This document shows, piece by piece, positions 62,488 through 64,000 of a stretch of 64,000 nucleotides of DNA. Numbering within the stretch: the first letter of the stretch is position 1; each line of letters opens with the position of its first letter. Made by a program: the position numbers and the translations under genes. The notes beneath the pieces were generated by a model, which did not search any database, was not told the origin of the DNA, and was given only the letters and a program-made list of their open reading frames with translations. The DNA is from Carcharhinus amblyrhynchos (taxonomy: Eukaryota). The stretch spans positions 63,736,001 through 63,800,000 of the forward strand of contig OZ336878.1 of assembly GCA_965287045.1 (NCBI GenBank). Reading direction: 5' to 3'.

Positions 62488-64000
62488 TGGTGTCTGAGCT
62501 CACTCCAAAAAAGGAAAAATTAATTAATTTGAAGAATCATGATGAAATAATCAGCTTTAGTGACCAGCAGAGGACAGGATTCAATGTTTACGCAACCATA
62601 AAGCACAGCGCTGAAGCAGAGAAATCTGCAGCTAGTCCATCCAAGCAGCCATCCTTTAAATCTTTTCTCAAAGCTGACTTGAGTGGCACTGCAATGGGTG
62701 CCCACCAAAGCCAGCAAGTGGGGGTAAACACTTTGGGTGGGATTTTCCAGCCACGTTCGCCGCGAAACCAGAAAATCCCGCCCCAGGTCAACAGCCCCTT
62801 GCATGGTCCAAGGCCCCCCCCCAGCTACGATTCCCATCACAGGCAGGGAAGGAAAATTCCCTCCGTTGTCTTCAAACAACCAATCCTCAATTTCAGCAAC
62901 TTCTTAAAGCGGAACCAACACTTTAAATATTTTGTAACCTTAGATCAGAAATCAACTCACTCAGATTAATTTAGACTTAACCAAGGCCCAACCCTTGGGG
63001 GCTTGGAGAAAAGATTCCTTAGATGCATGGTCGTTTCAGGTCTTGATTAAAAAGGTATGAACAAGTTAACAAGCTGGTTTATTCAATAGGCCCAATAGCA
63101 GACAACATTATTGCTAGACAAGGAATCAATCACCTGCGACTTTTGAAGTATGAAAATTGTTTAATGTTTCTTTTAACCCAAGGAGAAACAAAATCCTTGA
63201 AATGATTAAATTTCATAAATTGTCCAGCAACCAGGAGAAGCTGTTGATGCCTTTTTTAGTGACCGTTATTGATTGGCCAAAGGCTGAGAAAATGGAAACC
63301 TAAAACCTGAATGACCAGGGATAGAGTAGTTGTAGGAGGAGTAGGTGGCGTAATCTCAGACATGCTGCAAGCAAAGGAAGATCTAGCCTTTGAGAAAAGC
63401 ATTTATAAACAGGTGCTGGAAACCCGCATTGCTCAGACTAGCCAGCCACTCAGATGATTACCATGACACTTCCAGTGAATGATAAACAAGAGAGCCACGA
63501 ATAACAATACCTCAAACTCCGACTCAGACAACTGTTGACAACATCAACTCGGCCACCACAGAGCAAACACTGCAAACCACGGCCAACCTGACAATGCTGG
63601 CACCAAGTAGCAGCCATTGCCGACAGCTCGTTACACAACTAAATAAAGACAACACTTCCTCACAGCCGGCATCACGATGACCCACATGATGAAGGAAGAT
63701 GAGGAGAAAAAGCAAATTGGACATGTTGTCAACCCTGCATGAAACAACAACCGCCTCTCAGCCCAGCTGCCAAATCAACAATGAGCAATTCAATGCCAAG
63801 GAATGGAAAGAGAGGATAAAAATATGCCCAGATGTCAGGACAACCTGCAAATCAATAAAGTTTACCTGCAACAATAGAGTCTACCACTCCTCTGACAGTA
63901 GTAAAATGAGATATGGAAGAATTAGAAGGCTTCAAGCTGCCTGAACTTGTGAACTCGGAGTCAGGGCGTGGGGGGGAGTCATGGTAATGAAATAAATACA
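62488..64000 (+). mobile_element. Internally deleted Gypsy: possible PBS at 62488, gag about 62990-63410, integrase tail to 63944, PPT about 63971-63979
   Basis: EQVNKLVYSIGPIADNIIARQGI; QQPGEAVDAF; DRVVVG..ISDMLQAKEDLAFEK; MRYGRIRR before a G-tract; ttaca followed by tggtgtc at 62483-62494. Confidence 0.75.
62735..62864. mobile_element. Short MITE
   Basis: TIR-like gggtgggattttcc / ggaaaattccctcc; internal gaaaatcccgccc. Confidence 0.6.

Noticed and set aside
62487-62969. 160-aa ATG ORF
   Set aside because: Runs through a MITE and probable Gypsy leader; no recognisable domain

Overview
This is eukaryotic DNA, almost certainly from a shark or other elasmobranch, inferred from HE1-type V-SINEs and shark-style CR1 tails. 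It looks intronic or intergenic and is dominated by nested transposable elements. No complete cellular gene could be identified, and most ORF-track entries are TE frames, antisense shadows or tandem-repeat artefacts. The window holds three degraded Gypsy LTR retrotransposons (1-5850; 38026-43373 with both LTRs, PBS and PPT; about 62490-64000) and many 5'-truncated CR1 LINEs, including a very young family with open ORF2 3' halves. It also holds a Rex1/Babar LINE, L2 remnants, Penelope remnants with hammerhead-ribozyme cores, at least three SINE types, MITE-like elements, two minisatellites (31 bp and 26 bp units), a strong CTCF motif and a few weak candidate exons. The most unusual object is a 360-bp retroposed insert at 42945-43304 (minus strand) with a perfect 15-bp TSD and an A-rich tail. 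It carries two copies of the U2 snRNA 5' end, neither with an intact branch-point recognition sequence, plus an octamer motif, a possible PSE remnant and a structured 3' domain. It is a candidate U2-derived SINE or a derivative of a U2-targeting element. Boundaries of old repeats are approximate and family names come from recall, not database searches.
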